Shown here: piece after piece, positions 18,503-28,323 of the stretch
Layout of the letters: each line of letters starts with the position of its first letter
How positions within the stretch are numbered: the stretch's first letter is position 1
NCBI GenBank assembly: GCA_900299245.1
Contig: OMJA01000343.1
Coordinates: forward strand, 5,317 to 69,316
Reading direction: 5' to 3'
From: Nitrospiraceae bacterium
GTDB lineage: Bacteria > Nitrospirota > Nitrospiria > Nitrospirales > Nitrospiraceae
Length of the DNA: 64,000 bases
Notes under the pieces: model-generated
What the model was told of the DNA's origin: nothing
The model's database searches: none
The model's input: only the letters and a program-made list of their open reading frames with translations
Translations under genes and position numbers: made by a program

Positions 18503-19165
18503 CTACTTTGTAGCGAATTCCAGAAAGTATTGCTTCGGCAGAAACGTATGCTCGCGTGCGAGCTGGTACCCTGCGGCGGCCATTTCCTGGACGATGGTAT
18601 TTCGCGCAACGAGATGATGTTTGGGGAATCCGAGGTCGCCGGATCGTTCGTCGGTGTAGAAGTCGATGATAGCGATGCGCGCGCCTGGTTTGAGAGACGA
18701 CTTGAGGTCGCTGAAGTATTTTGCCCGGTTCTCAAGATGATGGATAGTGTTGCAGACGAAGAGGAGATCGACGGATGCAAACGGCAGCTTGGGGTTATCC
18801 GGCTGCGCAAGGATGAACTCGGCCGTGTAGGCGGTATGCATGTGGATGACGCTCTCTTTGGCGTAGAACAGCATCTCCGGTTCGACATCCACGGCATAGA
18901 CCATTCCGGTCTCGGTCACGGCTTCGATGAAGCGGCGGGTGAAATAGCCGGACCCTGAGCCGAGATCGGCGACTGCCATCCCTGGCTTCAATCTGAGCGC
19001 CTCGATCACCTCGGACGGCTTCTGATAGCGATCCCGCTCCGTGCTGTCGAGATGCTCCAGATATTGTTTGATGTCGTCCGGACGGCGATGCTGGTGCTGC
19101 TCTTCAGCGAAGGCCGGCCAGGCAAGAGTCATGCACAAGGCTGCAAGCAGAACAATGGTTTTCAT
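18503..19165 (-). CDS. Class I SAM-dependent methyltransferase-fold protein with signal peptide
   Basis: VADLGSGSGYF, YAVDVE and LKPGARIAIID; N-terminal AFA cleavage site. Confidence 0.85.
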   Translation of the reverse strand: MKTIVLLAALCMTLAWPAFAEEQHQHRRPDDIKQYLEHLDSTERDRYQKPSEVIEALRLKPGMAVADLGSGSGYFTRRFIEAVTETGMVYAVDVEPEMLFYAKESVIHMHTAYTAEFILAQPDNPKLPFASVDLLFVCNTIHHLENRAKYFSDLKSSLKPGARIAIIDFYTDERSGDLGFPKHHLVARNTIVQEMAAAGYQLAREHTFLPKQYFLEFATK

Positions 19166-20028
19166 GGCGAGGACCTCTTGGATGGTAGCCGCTCACTGAG
19201 CACCGGGTATTTGGCTTCGGCCAGACCGAAGTTGCCGCTTGACGGATCGGCGGCGACGACACGGAGGGTGATGCCGTCCGGCGCGTCTTTCGGCAACGGG
19301 ACGAAGAAGGGGGCTTCAAAGCTGGCCTTGTCGCCGCTGTAGAACATCTGCAAGCGCTCTATCACTTTTGTGCCGATAAGCAGCTCGCCATAGATGTGGA
19401 CTTTGCGCGAATCCCAATCTCCGTGGGGACGGACGAGTGCGCCGGAGAGGGTGCGGACGGAGGCGCGCAGGATCACATCGTCTTTCGCGATGAGGCCGCC
19501 GCCGACGGATTTCGGATGTTCGATCTGCACGATGTAGCCATAGAGCGTCAGCACGATGCCGTCGCTGGTCAGGTCATGGCCGGGAATCAACCAGGCGCGG
19601 GTGGAGACGCGCTGGGTGGCGGCCGGGTAGGCCAACGGGCCTTCGGCTGCAATCTCGACGAGCGTTGGCGTGACCAGGTCGAGGGTGGCGGTAAAGACGG
19701 CGGAAGGGCGGCTGCTGTAGTGAGCCTCTTCCATCAGGCGCGGGGTGCGCATGATCTGATTCTGGTCGCCGGCGTCGCCCTGCTGAATGCCGGTGGCGAG
19801 GATCTGGCCGGTCGCCACGTCGGTGATCGTGACGCGCGCGCCGCCGACGTCTTTGCCCAGCACCATGGAGCCATGCGCGACGACGCGCACAAGGATCGTC
19901 GTGGGTTTTGGATCGTTCAGGTGCAGGTCGGACGGTGCGTCTTCTTGCGCGGGGAGTGCGAAACAGGGCAGAGGCATCAGGAGGAGTGTGAGGACGAGAA
20001 GGCGGAGCCTGATACCCGCTCGGTTCAT
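19162..20028 (-). CDS. Exported hypothetical beta-rich protein
   Basis: Signal peptide; start/stop overlaps with metG and the methyltransferase. Confidence 0.75.
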   Translation of the reverse strand: MNRAGIRLRLLVLTLLLMPLPCFALPAQEDAPSDLHLNDPKPTTILVRVVAHGSMVLGKDVGGARVTITDVATGQILATGIQQGDAGDQNQIMRTPRLMEEAHYSSRPSAVFTATLDLVTPTLVEIAAEGPLAYPAATQRVSTRAWLIPGHDLTSDGIVLTLYGYIVQIEHPKSVGGGLIAKDDVILRASVRTLSGALVRPHGDWDSRKVHIYGELLIGTKVIERLQMFYSGDKASFEAPFFVPLPKDAPDGITLRVVAADPSSGNFGLAEAKYPVLSERLPSKRSSP

Positions 20029-22091
20029 TTCACCTTGGTGCCCGGTTCCACTTCTTCCAGGATGGTGGCGAGGCCGCGCACTTCGCTGTCGCCGGCGGCC
20101 AGGACCATGCCCTGCGACTCGATGCCCATGAGCTTGGCCGGTTTCAAATTTGCGACGATGACGATCATCTTGCCGACGAGCGCGTCCGGCTCATACTTCT
20201 TGCCGATACCCGCCACGATCTGCCGTTGCTCCGTGCCGAGCCAGACCTGCAACTTCAACAGCTTCTCCGACTTCGGTACACGTTCGGCGCTGATGACTTT
20301 CGCCGTCTTCAATTGAATCTTCATGAAGTCGTCGATGCTGATCTGCGGCGGCGCAGCCGGTGCGGGCGCTGCTGCCGGTGCCGTCGGAGTTGCTGGTGTT
20401 GCGGCCGGAGGCGTCGTGGCTGCGGCAGGAACCGGTTGCGGGGGTACTGGTGTGTCGCTCACTGGTTGGGCTCCTTTTTTCGATGAGTCTTTCTGCGCTT
20501 TGGTCGCATCTTTTGCGGTGGCTGACTTCGTGTCCGCCGCGATTTCAATCCGGGGGAACAGCGGGGCGCCTTTGGCGATCGCGAGATCGGTTACGGGGCT
20601 ATCCCACTGGTAGGCGGAGGCCGGGATGGCTTTGGAGAAATCGAAGTGGTAGCCGAGCTGTCGGGTCAGTTGTTCCGTCGTCTGAGGCATGAACGGATAG
20701 AGCGAGACGGCCAGCAGGCGCAATGCGCGGGCGGCGGTGTTCAGAACGGTCTTGAGCTTTGGCGCCTCGTCGGGATTCTTTGCCAGCTTCCAGGGCGCGG
20801 CTTTGTCGATGTATTCGTCACAGAGGCTGGCGAGTTCGCCGATTGTTTGCAGATTGTCGCGGAAGGTGAGCGCGCTGAAGCCGCGCTCCAATGTGGCCGG
20901 CAATTGCGCGGCGGCCTTGGCGATCTTCTCTTCGAGTTCCGGCAATGCGGGCGGGCCGCTGGCCGGAATCTTACCGTCGGCGAACCGTTCGATCATGGTG
21001 AGGGTACGGCTGAGCAGATTGCCGATACCGTTGGCCAGGTCGCTGTTGATGGTGGTGACCATCGCGGTTTGTGAGAAGTCTCCATCCTGCCCGAACGGCA
21101 CTTCGCGTAAGAGGAAGTAACGGAAGGCATCGATGCCGTAGGTCTCGACCATCTTGTTGGGATCGACGACGTTGCCGCGACTCTTCGACATCTTTTCGCC
21201 GTCGACGGTCCACCAGCCGTGGGCGAAGATGGTTTCCGGCAGCGGCAGGTTCAGCGCCATGAGCATCGTCGACCAATAGACGGCATGGGTCGTGAGAATG
21301 TCTTTCCCGACGAGATGGACAGACGCCGGCCAGTACCGGTCGACCGAGGGCGCCGACAATTTGTACTCCAGGGCGGAGATGTAATTGACCAGCGCGTCGA
21401 ACCAGACGTAGGTGACGTAGTCGTGATCGAAAGGCAATTCGATGCCCCAAGACAGGCGCGATTTGGGTCTGGAGATGGACAGGTCGCCAAGCTTCTGAGT
21501 GGTCAGGAACCCCAGTACTTCGTTGCGGCGGGACTCGGGCCTGATGAAGTGCGGGTGTTGCTTGATGTGGTCGATCAGCTGTTCCTGATACTGCCCCATC
21601 TTGAAGAAATAGTTGTGTTCGCTGAGCTGCTCGATAGGGCGTTTGCAGTCCGGGCAGATCCCTCCGACGACGTCTTTTTCGGTCCAGAACCGCTCGTCGT
21701 ATGTGCAGTACCAGCCAGTATATGAGTCCTTATAAATCAGCTGCTTATCGTAGAGCTCTTGAAGGTATCGTTGAACCACTTTCTTGTGCGGCGCATCGGT
21801 GGTGCGGATGAAGGCGTCGTTCGAAATGTTCAACCGTTTCCAGAGGTCCTGGAACTGCGGTGCCAGCTTGTCGCAATGGGTCTGCGGATCGATCCCGGCC
21901 TTGGCGGCTGCCTGCTGGACTTTCTGCCCGTGCTCGTCGAGGCCGGTCAGGAACATGACGTCGCGACCCCGCAGACGCCAGTAGCGCGCGAGCACGTCGG
22001 CGGCGACGGTGGTGTAGGCGTGGCCGATGTGCGGCACGTCGTTCACATAGTAAATCGGCGTCGTGATGTAGAACGTGTTGTGATCGCGCAT
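20025..22091 (-). CDS. metG: Methionyl-tRNA synthetase with C-terminal tRNA-binding domain
   Basis: HIGH, KMSKS, YVWFDAL; Pro/Ala linker; OB domain (ANLKPAKLMGIESQGM). Confidence 0.97.
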   Translation of the reverse strand: MRDHNTFYITTPIYYVNDVPHIGHAYTTVAADVLARYWRLRGRDVMFLTGLDEHGQKVQQAAAKAGIDPQTHCDKLAPQFQDLWKRLNISNDAFIRTTDAPHKKVVQRYLQELYDKQLIYKDSYTGWYCTYDERFWTEKDVVGGICPDCKRPIEQLSEHNYFFKMGQYQEQLIDHIKQHPHFIRPESRRNEVLGFLTTQKLGDLSISRPKSRLSWGIELPFDHDYVTYVWFDALVNYISALEYKLSAPSVDRYWPASVHLVGKDILTTHAVYWSTMLMALNLPLPETIFAHGWWTVDGEKMSKSRGNVVDPNKMVETYGIDAFRYFLLREVPFGQDGDFSQTAMVTTINSDLANGIGNLLSRTLTMIERFADGKIPASGPPALPELEEKIAKAAAQLPATLERGFSALTFRDNLQTIGELASLCDEYIDKAAPWKLAKNPDEAPKLKTVLNTAARALRLLAVSLYPFMPQTTEQLTRQLGYHFDFSKAIPASAYQWDSPVTDLAIAKGAPLFPRIEIAADTKSATAKDATKAQKDSSKKGAQPVSDTPVPPQPVPAAATTPPAATPATPTAPAAAPAPAAPPQISIDDFMKIQLKTAKVISAERVPKSEKLLKLQVWLGTEQRQIVAGIGKKYEPDALVGKMIVIVANLKPAKLMGIESQGMVLAAGDSEVRGLATILEEVEPGTKVK

Positions 22092-22128
22092 GACGAGGGG
22101 GAAGATACCAGGTTGGCGACTCTGAATT

Positions 22129-23157
22129 CTAGGCGGGGGTGCCGTCCGGTGCCAGTCCGAGGGCGTCGCGAAGTTTGAGCAGGCAGGATTCCAGCGCCAT
22201 GTGGAGATTCAAATTGCGTGTGGCGTTCTGTTGTGTGCGTTCGATCTCTTTGATCAAATCGAGCAGCAGGGGGAGGTCGGTGGTCCGGGCATACTCTTGA
22301 AGTTGGTCCATCTGTTCCAGGTGAAGAATCTGATCGTGGTCGCCGCCGACATGGACGAGCAGCAGATCCCGGATCCACCGGCTGAGCCAGGTCAGTGTCT
22401 CGATGCCACGATCGGATTTGGCGAGGCTCTCAGCCAGGGTCAGGATCGTGCTGATCGATTTAAGTGTCGCGGGGGCGACGATGGCCAGACATTCTTTTTG
22501 CCATTCGCGCAAGGCGGCGACATCCAGCGTGAGGGCTTCGCCGATCCGGCCTTCGGTGACAAGCGCCAGGAGCCGCGCATCCGCCGGCGGGAGTTCGCGC
22601 TTGAGGATCACGGCGGCTTCGACCTGCGTGCGCGCCGGCGCGGTGAAGCGGAGTTGCTGGCAGCGCGAGCGGATCGTGATCGGGAGCGCGTTGGGTCTGC
22701 TGGTGATCAGGAGGAAGAGCGCATGTCCCGGCGGTTCTTCCAGCGTCTTGAGCAGCGCGTTGGCGGCGCCGATGGTCATGCGGTCGGCTTCATCGATCAA
22801 GCAGATTTTCCGTTCGCCCATAAGGGGGCGATAGACGAACTGTTGTTCGATCTCCCGGATCTGTTCGATCTTGATGGCGGGGTTGGCGAGTTCACGGTCG
22901 GGATCGATCGTGATGAAGTCCGGGTGCGTTCGCGCGGCGATCTGCAGGCAGGCGCGGCAGGCGCCGCAACTGTCCAGTCCATCCGGGGACGGCGGCTGCT
23001 CGCAGTTCAACGCCTGGGCAAGATGGACGGCCGTGAGACGTTTCCCGATCGCTTCCTCGCCGTGGAACAGATACGCATGTCCCAGCCGGTCGTGTGAGAC
23101 GGCGGCTTGCAGGACCGCGATCGGATGTGCGTGACCGGTGATCTCGTGAAAGGGCAT
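22129..23157 (-). CDS. holB: DNA polymerase III delta' subunit
   Basis: HAYLF, CGACRAC, HPDF, ANALLKTLEEP and TIRSRCQ; follows tmk. Confidence 0.93.
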   Translation of the reverse strand: MPFHEITGHAHPIAVLQAAVSHDRLGHAYLFHGEEAIGKRLTAVHLAQALNCEQPPSPDGLDSCGACRACLQIAARTHPDFITIDPDRELANPAIKIEQIREIEQQFVYRPLMGERKICLIDEADRMTIGAANALLKTLEEPPGHALFLLITSRPNALPITIRSRCQQLRFTAPARTQVEAAVILKRELPPADARLLALVTEGRIGEALTLDVAALREWQKECLAIVAPATLKSISTILTLAESLAKSDRGIETLTWLSRWIRDLLLVHVGGDHDQILHLEQMDQLQEYARTTDLPLLLDLIKEIERTQQNATRNLNLHMALESCLLKLRDALGLAPDGTPA

Positions 23158-23159
23158 GA

Positions 23160-23834
23160 CTACCGTCTCCACCCGTTGTGCGGCCGGTGCTGCTCCAGCC
23201 AGTCGAATACGAGCGTGCGCACGTCATCCGCAATCCTGTCCGGGGTCCGCGCGGCATTGACCGGCTTGATGCGCCGTGGTTCTTTGCGCGCGAGTTCCAA
23301 AAACCCGGAGCGGACGCGTTGGTGAAAGCGTGTGGTCTCCCGATCCAGCCGGTTCTGTCCTGCGGCGTCGCGCTGCCGCCGGCGCAAGCCGGTGGCCACG
23401 GGCAGATCGAAGAGGAGGGTCAAATCCGGAGTCAGGCCACCGGTCGCCCAGGCATTCATGGTGCGCAAGGTTTTCAGATTCAGCCCGCGCGCGTAGCCCT
23501 GATAGGCCAGGGTGGAATCGACAAACCGGTCGCAGATCACGATCGCGCCCTGCCGCAGCGCCGGCGCGATTACGTGGTCCACATGCTGGCGGCGCGCGGC
23601 GAGAATGACGAAGGCTTCCGTTTCTGCGGCGAGGGATTCCGAATCGGTTTGCAGCAGCACGGCACGGAGCTGCTCGGCTGCCGGTGTGCCGCCCGGTTCC
23701 CGCGTGAGGAGCACGGCATGGCCCTCAGCGCGAAGCGCCTGTGCCAGGCGCGCGGCCTGTGTCGATTTCCCGCTGCCCTCGGTGCCTTCGAGCGTCAGGA
23801 ACGTGCCGGCTGTGCGGTTGTGTGTTCTTGCCAA
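23160..23834 (-). CDS. tmk: Thymidylate kinase
   Basis: EGTEGSGKSTQ, TREPGG and CDRFVDSTLAYQG. Confidence 0.95.
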   Translation of the reverse strand: MARTHNRTAGTFLTLEGTEGSGKSTQAARLAQALRAEGHAVLLTREPGGTPAAEQLRAVLLQTDSESLAAETEAFVILAARRQHVDHVIAPALRQGAIVICDRFVDSTLAYQGYARGLNLKTLRTMNAWATGGLTPDLTLLFDLPVATGLRRRQRDAAGQNRLDRETTRFHQRVRSGFLELARKEPRRIKPVNAARTPDRIADDVRTLVFDWLEQHRPHNGWRR

Positions 23835-24031
23835 GAGAGATCCTGCCGGTGGTTCAACGGTTGCGCGATCGTAATGCCCTGCTCACTGAATAGCAAGAAC
23901 GGCCGGGCTCGAGAGGATGTCCTCGTATTGTTGTGATGTGAATGCGGAAGGCTCCGAAGGTTCACGCTATCTTATCGCGCCGCCCGGTGCCGGTTTTTTG
24001 GTGTAACTCATTGAAAATACCCATAAATGGA

Positions 24032-24060
24032 TTGCGGCACCTGGGGAATGTCTGTATGAT
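24032..24060 (+). promoter_or_regulatory. Putative sigma70 promoter for DUF502-glmU-glmS
   Basis: TTGCGG-N17-TATGAT. Confidence 0.45.
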
Positions 24061-24101
24061 GAGCCACCACATTATAGGGCCTCGCTCAAGACCTGACTGC
24101 C

Positions 24102-24770
24102 ATGCTGAAAACCTTGTTGAAACGATACTTTCTGACTGGTTTGCTCGTCATCACTCCGATCTGGGGCACCATCCTCATTTTGAAGGCGCTCTTTGTTACG
24201 GTCGACGGGATCCTGGGGGAGACGGTGGCTCGCTGGGTGCCGGAGTATTACGTTCCCGGTTTGGGGATCGTGGCGCTTCTTTTGCTCGTGTTTTCCGTGG
24301 GACTGTTCGCCGCGAATTTTATTGGCCGGCAGATCGTCCGGATCTGGGAAGACTGGTTGAACCGCCTGCCGCTGGTCCGCGGGATTTACTCGACGCTCAA
24401 ATCGATGATGGATATCCTCTCGTTTTCGGACCGGACCTCGTATCACCGGGTGGTGCTGATCCAGTTTCCGAAGAACGGCCATTACTGCTTTGCGTTCGTC
24501 ACGGGGATGACGAAATCCGAGACCGCCTCGCTGGCGCAGGAGCCGTTGATTCACGTGTATGTGCCGACCTCGCCGAATCCCACGTCCGGATATTTTCTGC
24601 TGGTGCCCGAGCGTGAAGTGACGTCGGTGGATATTTCGGTCGAGGAAGCCATGAAGCTCATTGTCTCGGGCGGTCTCTATACGCCGACGACGTCGATGGC
24701 GTCGGTGTTGAGCGCCGATGCGAAATGGAGCGGGGTGAAACAACCGGAGGCGGGGGTAACCATCGGATGA
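24102..24770 (+). CDS. DUF502-family membrane protein
   Basis: FLTGLLV, RLPLVRGIY, YVPTSPNPTSG and EAMKLIVSGG. Confidence 0.88.
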   Translation: MLKTLLKRYFLTGLLVITPIWGTILILKALFVTVDGILGETVARWVPEYYVPGLGIVALLLLVFSVGLFAANFIGRQIVRIWEDWLNRLPLVRGIYSTLKSMMDILSFSDRTSYHRVVLIQFPKNGHYCFAFVTGMTKSETASLAQEPLIHVYVPTSPNPTSGYFLLVPEREVTSVDISVEEAMKLIVSGGLYTPTTSMASVLSADAKWSGVKQPEAGVTIG

Positions 24771-26332
24771 TGCCGCACAAGTACGAAGCAGCGATGGACG
24801 GGCTGGGCGTGGTGGTGATGGCGGCCGGACGCGGAACGCGCATGCGGTCGGAGCAGGCCAAGGTGCTGCACCGCATCGTCGGCCGTCCGATGATCCACTA
24901 CGCGCTTGATGTGGCCTGCGCGGTTGCCGGGCATTCTGTCGCGGTGGTGGTGGGCCATCAGGCTGCGCACGTACGCGCGGCCCTGGAGTCGGCGCTGGCG
25001 GGACAGGCAGGTCATGCGGCGGTTCGCATCGTCGAGCAGGTGCAGCAATTGGGGACGGGACATGCTGTGTTGCAAACGCGTCCGGTGTTTGCGGACGGCA
25101 ACCGCAAGGCGCCGGCGGCCTATCTCATTCTCAACGGCGATACGCCGTTGTTGCAGGAATCGACGGTACGGGAGTTGTTGCGGATGCACCGGACGTCCGG
25201 CGCGACGGTGACGATGCTGACGGCGATTCTGGAAAATCCAGGCGGTTATGGCCGGGTGGTGCGCAGGCCTGAGCGGGGCGCTTCCGGAGCGGTCCATGCA
25301 TCCGCCGACGTGCTGAAGATCGTCGAGGATCGCGACGCCTCGCCGGAGGAGCGGGCGATTCGTGAAATCAATGTCGGGACCTATGTAGTCGACGGGGCGT
25401 TTCTCTTTGCGGCGCTGGACAAGGTGCAGCCGCATAATGCGCAAGGCGAGTATTACCTCACGGACATCGTCGATATGGCCGTCACGCAGGGGCATCGGGT
25501 CGCGGCGCTGCCGCTGACGAATCCGGATGAAGGACTGGGAGTCAATACCAGGGTGCAGTTGGCCGAGGCCGAGCGGGTGATTCGCCGGCAGATCCGGCAG
25601 CGTTGGATGGAAGCCGGTGTGACAATGGTGGATCCGGACTCCGCGTGGATCGAGGCCGGTGTCACGATCGGAAAGGATACGGTGTTGCATCCGAACGTGA
25701 CGCTGGAAGGGAGGACGGTGATCGGAGAAGGCTGCGAGCTCCGTTCGTTTACGCGGCTCACAGACTGTACGGTCGGCTCTCATGTAACCATTCTGGATCA
25801 TTGCGTCTGTGCCGATTCGCAGATCGACGATCACGCCGCGGTGGGGCCGTTCGTCCATTTACGCCCGGGTGTGCGCGTGCGCGCCAAGGCAAAGGTGGGA
25901 AATTTTGTCGAGATGAAGAAAACGGATCTCGGCGAAGGAGCGAAGGCCAATCATCTGAGCTATCTCGGAGACGCGACGATCGGCAAAGGCGTGAATATCG
26001 GCGCCGGGACGATTACCTGCAATTATGACGGGGTGCATAAGCATCAGACGATTGTGGGCGACCATGTGTTTCTGGGAAGCGATACTCAGCTGATCGCTCC
26101 GGTGACGGTGGGCGCGGGGGCGGTCATTGCCGCGGGGACGACGGTCACGCAGGATGTGCCTGCGGATGCCCTGGCGATCGCCCGGGTGCCTCAAGCGAAC
26201 CGGGCCGGATGGGCCGCCAGGCGACGCGCTCTGTTGGCGAATGCAACACAGGCTCCGGCGAAACCGTTGGCGAAGCCGCAGGCAAAGCGAACCCCGGCGA
26301 CGAAGGTCTCCGGCAAGAAGAAGGGGAGGTAG
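24767..26332 (+). CDS. glmU: Bifunctional GlcNAc-1-P uridyltransferase/acetyltransferase
   Basis: MAAGRGTRM, QLGTGHAV, EYYLTD, GNFVEMK and HLSYLGDA. Confidence 0.96.
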   Translation: MMPHKYEAAMDGLGVVVMAAGRGTRMRSEQAKVLHRIVGRPMIHYALDVACAVAGHSVAVVVGHQAAHVRAALESALAGQAGHAAVRIVEQVQQLGTGHAVLQTRPVFADGNRKAPAAYLILNGDTPLLQESTVRELLRMHRTSGATVTMLTAILENPGGYGRVVRRPERGASGAVHASADVLKIVEDRDASPEERAIREINVGTYVVDGAFLFAALDKVQPHNAQGEYYLTDIVDMAVTQGHRVAALPLTNPDEGLGVNTRVQLAEAERVIRRQIRQRWMEAGVTMVDPDSAWIEAGVTIGKDTVLHPNVTLEGRTVIGEGCELRSFTRLTDCTVGSHVTILDHCVCADSQIDDHAAVGPFVHLRPGVRVRAKAKVGNFVEMKKTDLGEGAKANHLSYLGDATIGKGVNIGAGTITCNYDGVHKHQTIVGDHVFLGSDTQLIAPVTVGAGAVIAAGTTVTQDVPADALAIARVPQANRAGWAARRRALLANATQAPAKPLAKPQAKRTPATKVSGKKKGR

Positions 26333-26339
26333 ACCCTCG

Positions 26340-28169
26340 ATGTGCGGCATTGTTGGATATGTGGGAAACCAGGATGCGGTTCCGATTCTGATCGGTGGAT
26401 TGGCGAAGCTCGAATATCGCGGCTACGACTCCGCGGGGGTTGCCATACAGCAGGGGGACAAGATCAACGTCCGGCGAAGTGTCGGCAAACTGGTCAATCT
26501 TCAGAAATCACTTCAAGAGAAAGAATTGAGTGGCATGGTGGGGATTGGGCATACCCGCTGGGCGACGCACGGTAAACCCTCGGAGCAGAACGCCCACCCG
26601 CACCGTTCGAAGGGGTGCGTGCTCGTGCACAACGGCATCATCGAAAACTATCAGCCGCTGAAGCAGCAGTTGGAAAAAGACGGCTACAAGTTCCAGTCGG
26701 AGACCGACACGGAAGTGGTTGCGCATTTGATCGACAAGTATCTGGAAAAAGGCCAGGGGCTGGCAGACGCGGTTCGTTCCGCGACGAAGGATGTGCGCGG
26801 GAGCTATGCGTTGGCGGTGATTTCTGAGAAGGAGCCGGGCACCTTGATTGCCGCGAGGTCCGGTTGTCCTTTGGTGGTCGGCCGCACCAAACAGGCGTCG
26901 TTCGTCGCCTCGGACGTAATGGCGATGCTGGCGCACACGCGGGACGTCACCTATCTGGAAGAAGGCGATGTCGCAGTGGTCACCCAGCATGAGATGCACC
27001 TGACCGATACCGACGGCCGTCCCGTGTCCAGAAAAGCGACGAAGATCACCTGGGATGCGTCGGCCGTGGAGAAGAGCGGCTATCCGCATTTCATGCTCAA
27101 GGAGATTCACGAGCAGCCCCAGACGATTCTCGACACGATGCGCGGACGCTATTCCCATGAGACGGGCGAAGCCGATCTGCCGGATATCGGATTGACGCCG
27201 AAGGAATTCGCCGCAGTGGAACGGATCTGGATCGTGGCCTGCGGAACGTCGTGGCATGCCGGTTTAGTGGGGAAGTATCTCCTGGAAGAAATGGTCCGCA
27301 CCCCTGTACAGGTCGACATCGGGAGCGAGTTCCGCTATCGCGATCCGCTGGTCGGCAAGAACGACTTGTTCATCACGATTTCCCAATCCGGTGAAACGGC
27401 CGATACGCTGGCGGCGGCGCGGGAAGCGAAAGAGAAGGGCGCCCGGGTCGTGTCCGTCGTAAACGTCGTCGGCAGCACGCTGGCGCGCGAGTCGGACGGC
27501 GTACTCTATACCCACTGCGGGCCGGAGATCGGCGTGGCGTCGACCAAAGCCTTTACCGCTCAATTGACCGCACTGTATCTGCTGGCGCTTCACCTGGCCC
27601 GTGTACGCAAGGTTATGAATGTGGCCGATGGAAAAGCCTGGTTGGACCGGCTGGTGCAATTGCCCGCGCTCGTTGAGCGGGTGCTGGGCCGGGAAGCGGA
27701 GATCGTGGCCATTGCCAAGCGCTATTATAAGAAGCGGAATTTTCTGTTTCTGGGGCGCGGGATTAACTATCCGATCGCCTTGGAGGGCTCGCTTAAGCTG
27801 AAAGAAATCTCCTATATCCATGCCGAAGGATATCCGGCGGGTGAGATGAAGCACGGGCCGATTGCGTTGATCGACAAGGACATGCCGGTGGTGGTGCTGG
27901 CGCCGCGCGACCGGCTGTATGAAAAGACGGTGAGCAATTTGATGGAAGTGAAGGCGCGGCACGCCCCGGTGATCGCGTTCGTCGCCGAAGGCGAGCGGGA
28001 GCTCGGGAAAACCGCCGATGCGGTGTTCACCATTCCGGAAACGCATCCGCTGCTGTCGCCTATTTTGTTCACGATTCCGTTGCAGTTGCTGGCGTATCAT
28101 ATCGCGGTGTTGCGCGGGGCGGATGTGGATCAGCCGAGGAATTTGGCCAAGAGTGTGACGGTGGAGTGA
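26340..28169 (+). CDS. glmS: Glutamine-fructose-6-phosphate aminotransferase
   Basis: MCGIVG, LEYRGYDSAG, SQSGET and PRNLAKSVTVE. Confidence 0.97.
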   Translation: MCGIVGYVGNQDAVPILIGGLAKLEYRGYDSAGVAIQQGDKINVRRSVGKLVNLQKSLQEKELSGMVGIGHTRWATHGKPSEQNAHPHRSKGCVLVHNGIIENYQPLKQQLEKDGYKFQSETDTEVVAHLIDKYLEKGQGLADAVRSATKDVRGSYALAVISEKEPGTLIAARSGCPLVVGRTKQASFVASDVMAMLAHTRDVTYLEEGDVAVVTQHEMHLTDTDGRPVSRKATKITWDASAVEKSGYPHFMLKEIHEQPQTILDTMRGRYSHETGEADLPDIGLTPKEFAAVERIWIVACGTSWHAGLVGKYLLEEMVRTPVQVDIGSEFRYRDPLVGKNDLFITISQSGETADTLAAAREAKEKGARVVSVVNVVGSTLARESDGVLYTHCGPEIGVASTKAFTAQLTALYLLALHLARVRKVMNVADGKAWLDRLVQLPALVERVLGREAEIVAIAKRYYKKRNFLFLGRGINYPIALEGSLKLKEISYIHAEGYPAGEMKHGPIALIDKDMPVVVLAPRDRLYEKTVSNLMEVKARHAPVIAFVAEGERELGKTADAVFTIPETHPLLSPILFTIPLQLLAYHIAVLRGADVDQPRNLAKSVTVE

Positions 28170-28170
28170 T

Positions 28171-28294
28171 CGGATGTTGAAAATGGCTTCCAGCGGCGTT
28201 CTCGGTCGTCCATCTCCCTGCGACGTACCCCAGAGGGTACGCCTCGGTTGACGGACTCCCTGCGGCCTTGCTGGAAGACCATTTTGAACGTCCG
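28171..28294. repeat. ~125-nt structured palindromic intergenic repeat, copy 4
   Basis: CGGATGTTGAAAATGG...CCATTTTGAACGTCCG ends; apical CGTACCC-CAGA-GGGTACG. Confidence 0.88.
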
Positions 28295-28323
28295 CTGAGA
28301 GAGAAGAAGAAGGGAACTGAAAA

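Noticed and set aside
20340-20560. Pro/Ala/Thr-rich low-complexity stretch in metG as an insertion or repeat
   Set aside because: Ordinary flexible linker before the C-terminal tRNA-binding domain.
26127-26339. N-terminal extension of GlmS, or a glmS ribozyme
   Set aside because: GlmS needs Cys2 (start at 26340), and only 7 nt separate glmU and glmS, so there is no room for a ribozyme.
4970-28294. Dispersed repeats as a CRISPR array or as small protein genes (MLKKAA...)
   Set aside because: Copies are kilobases apart with no spacers or cas genes; reading frames are not conserved, whereas base pairing is.
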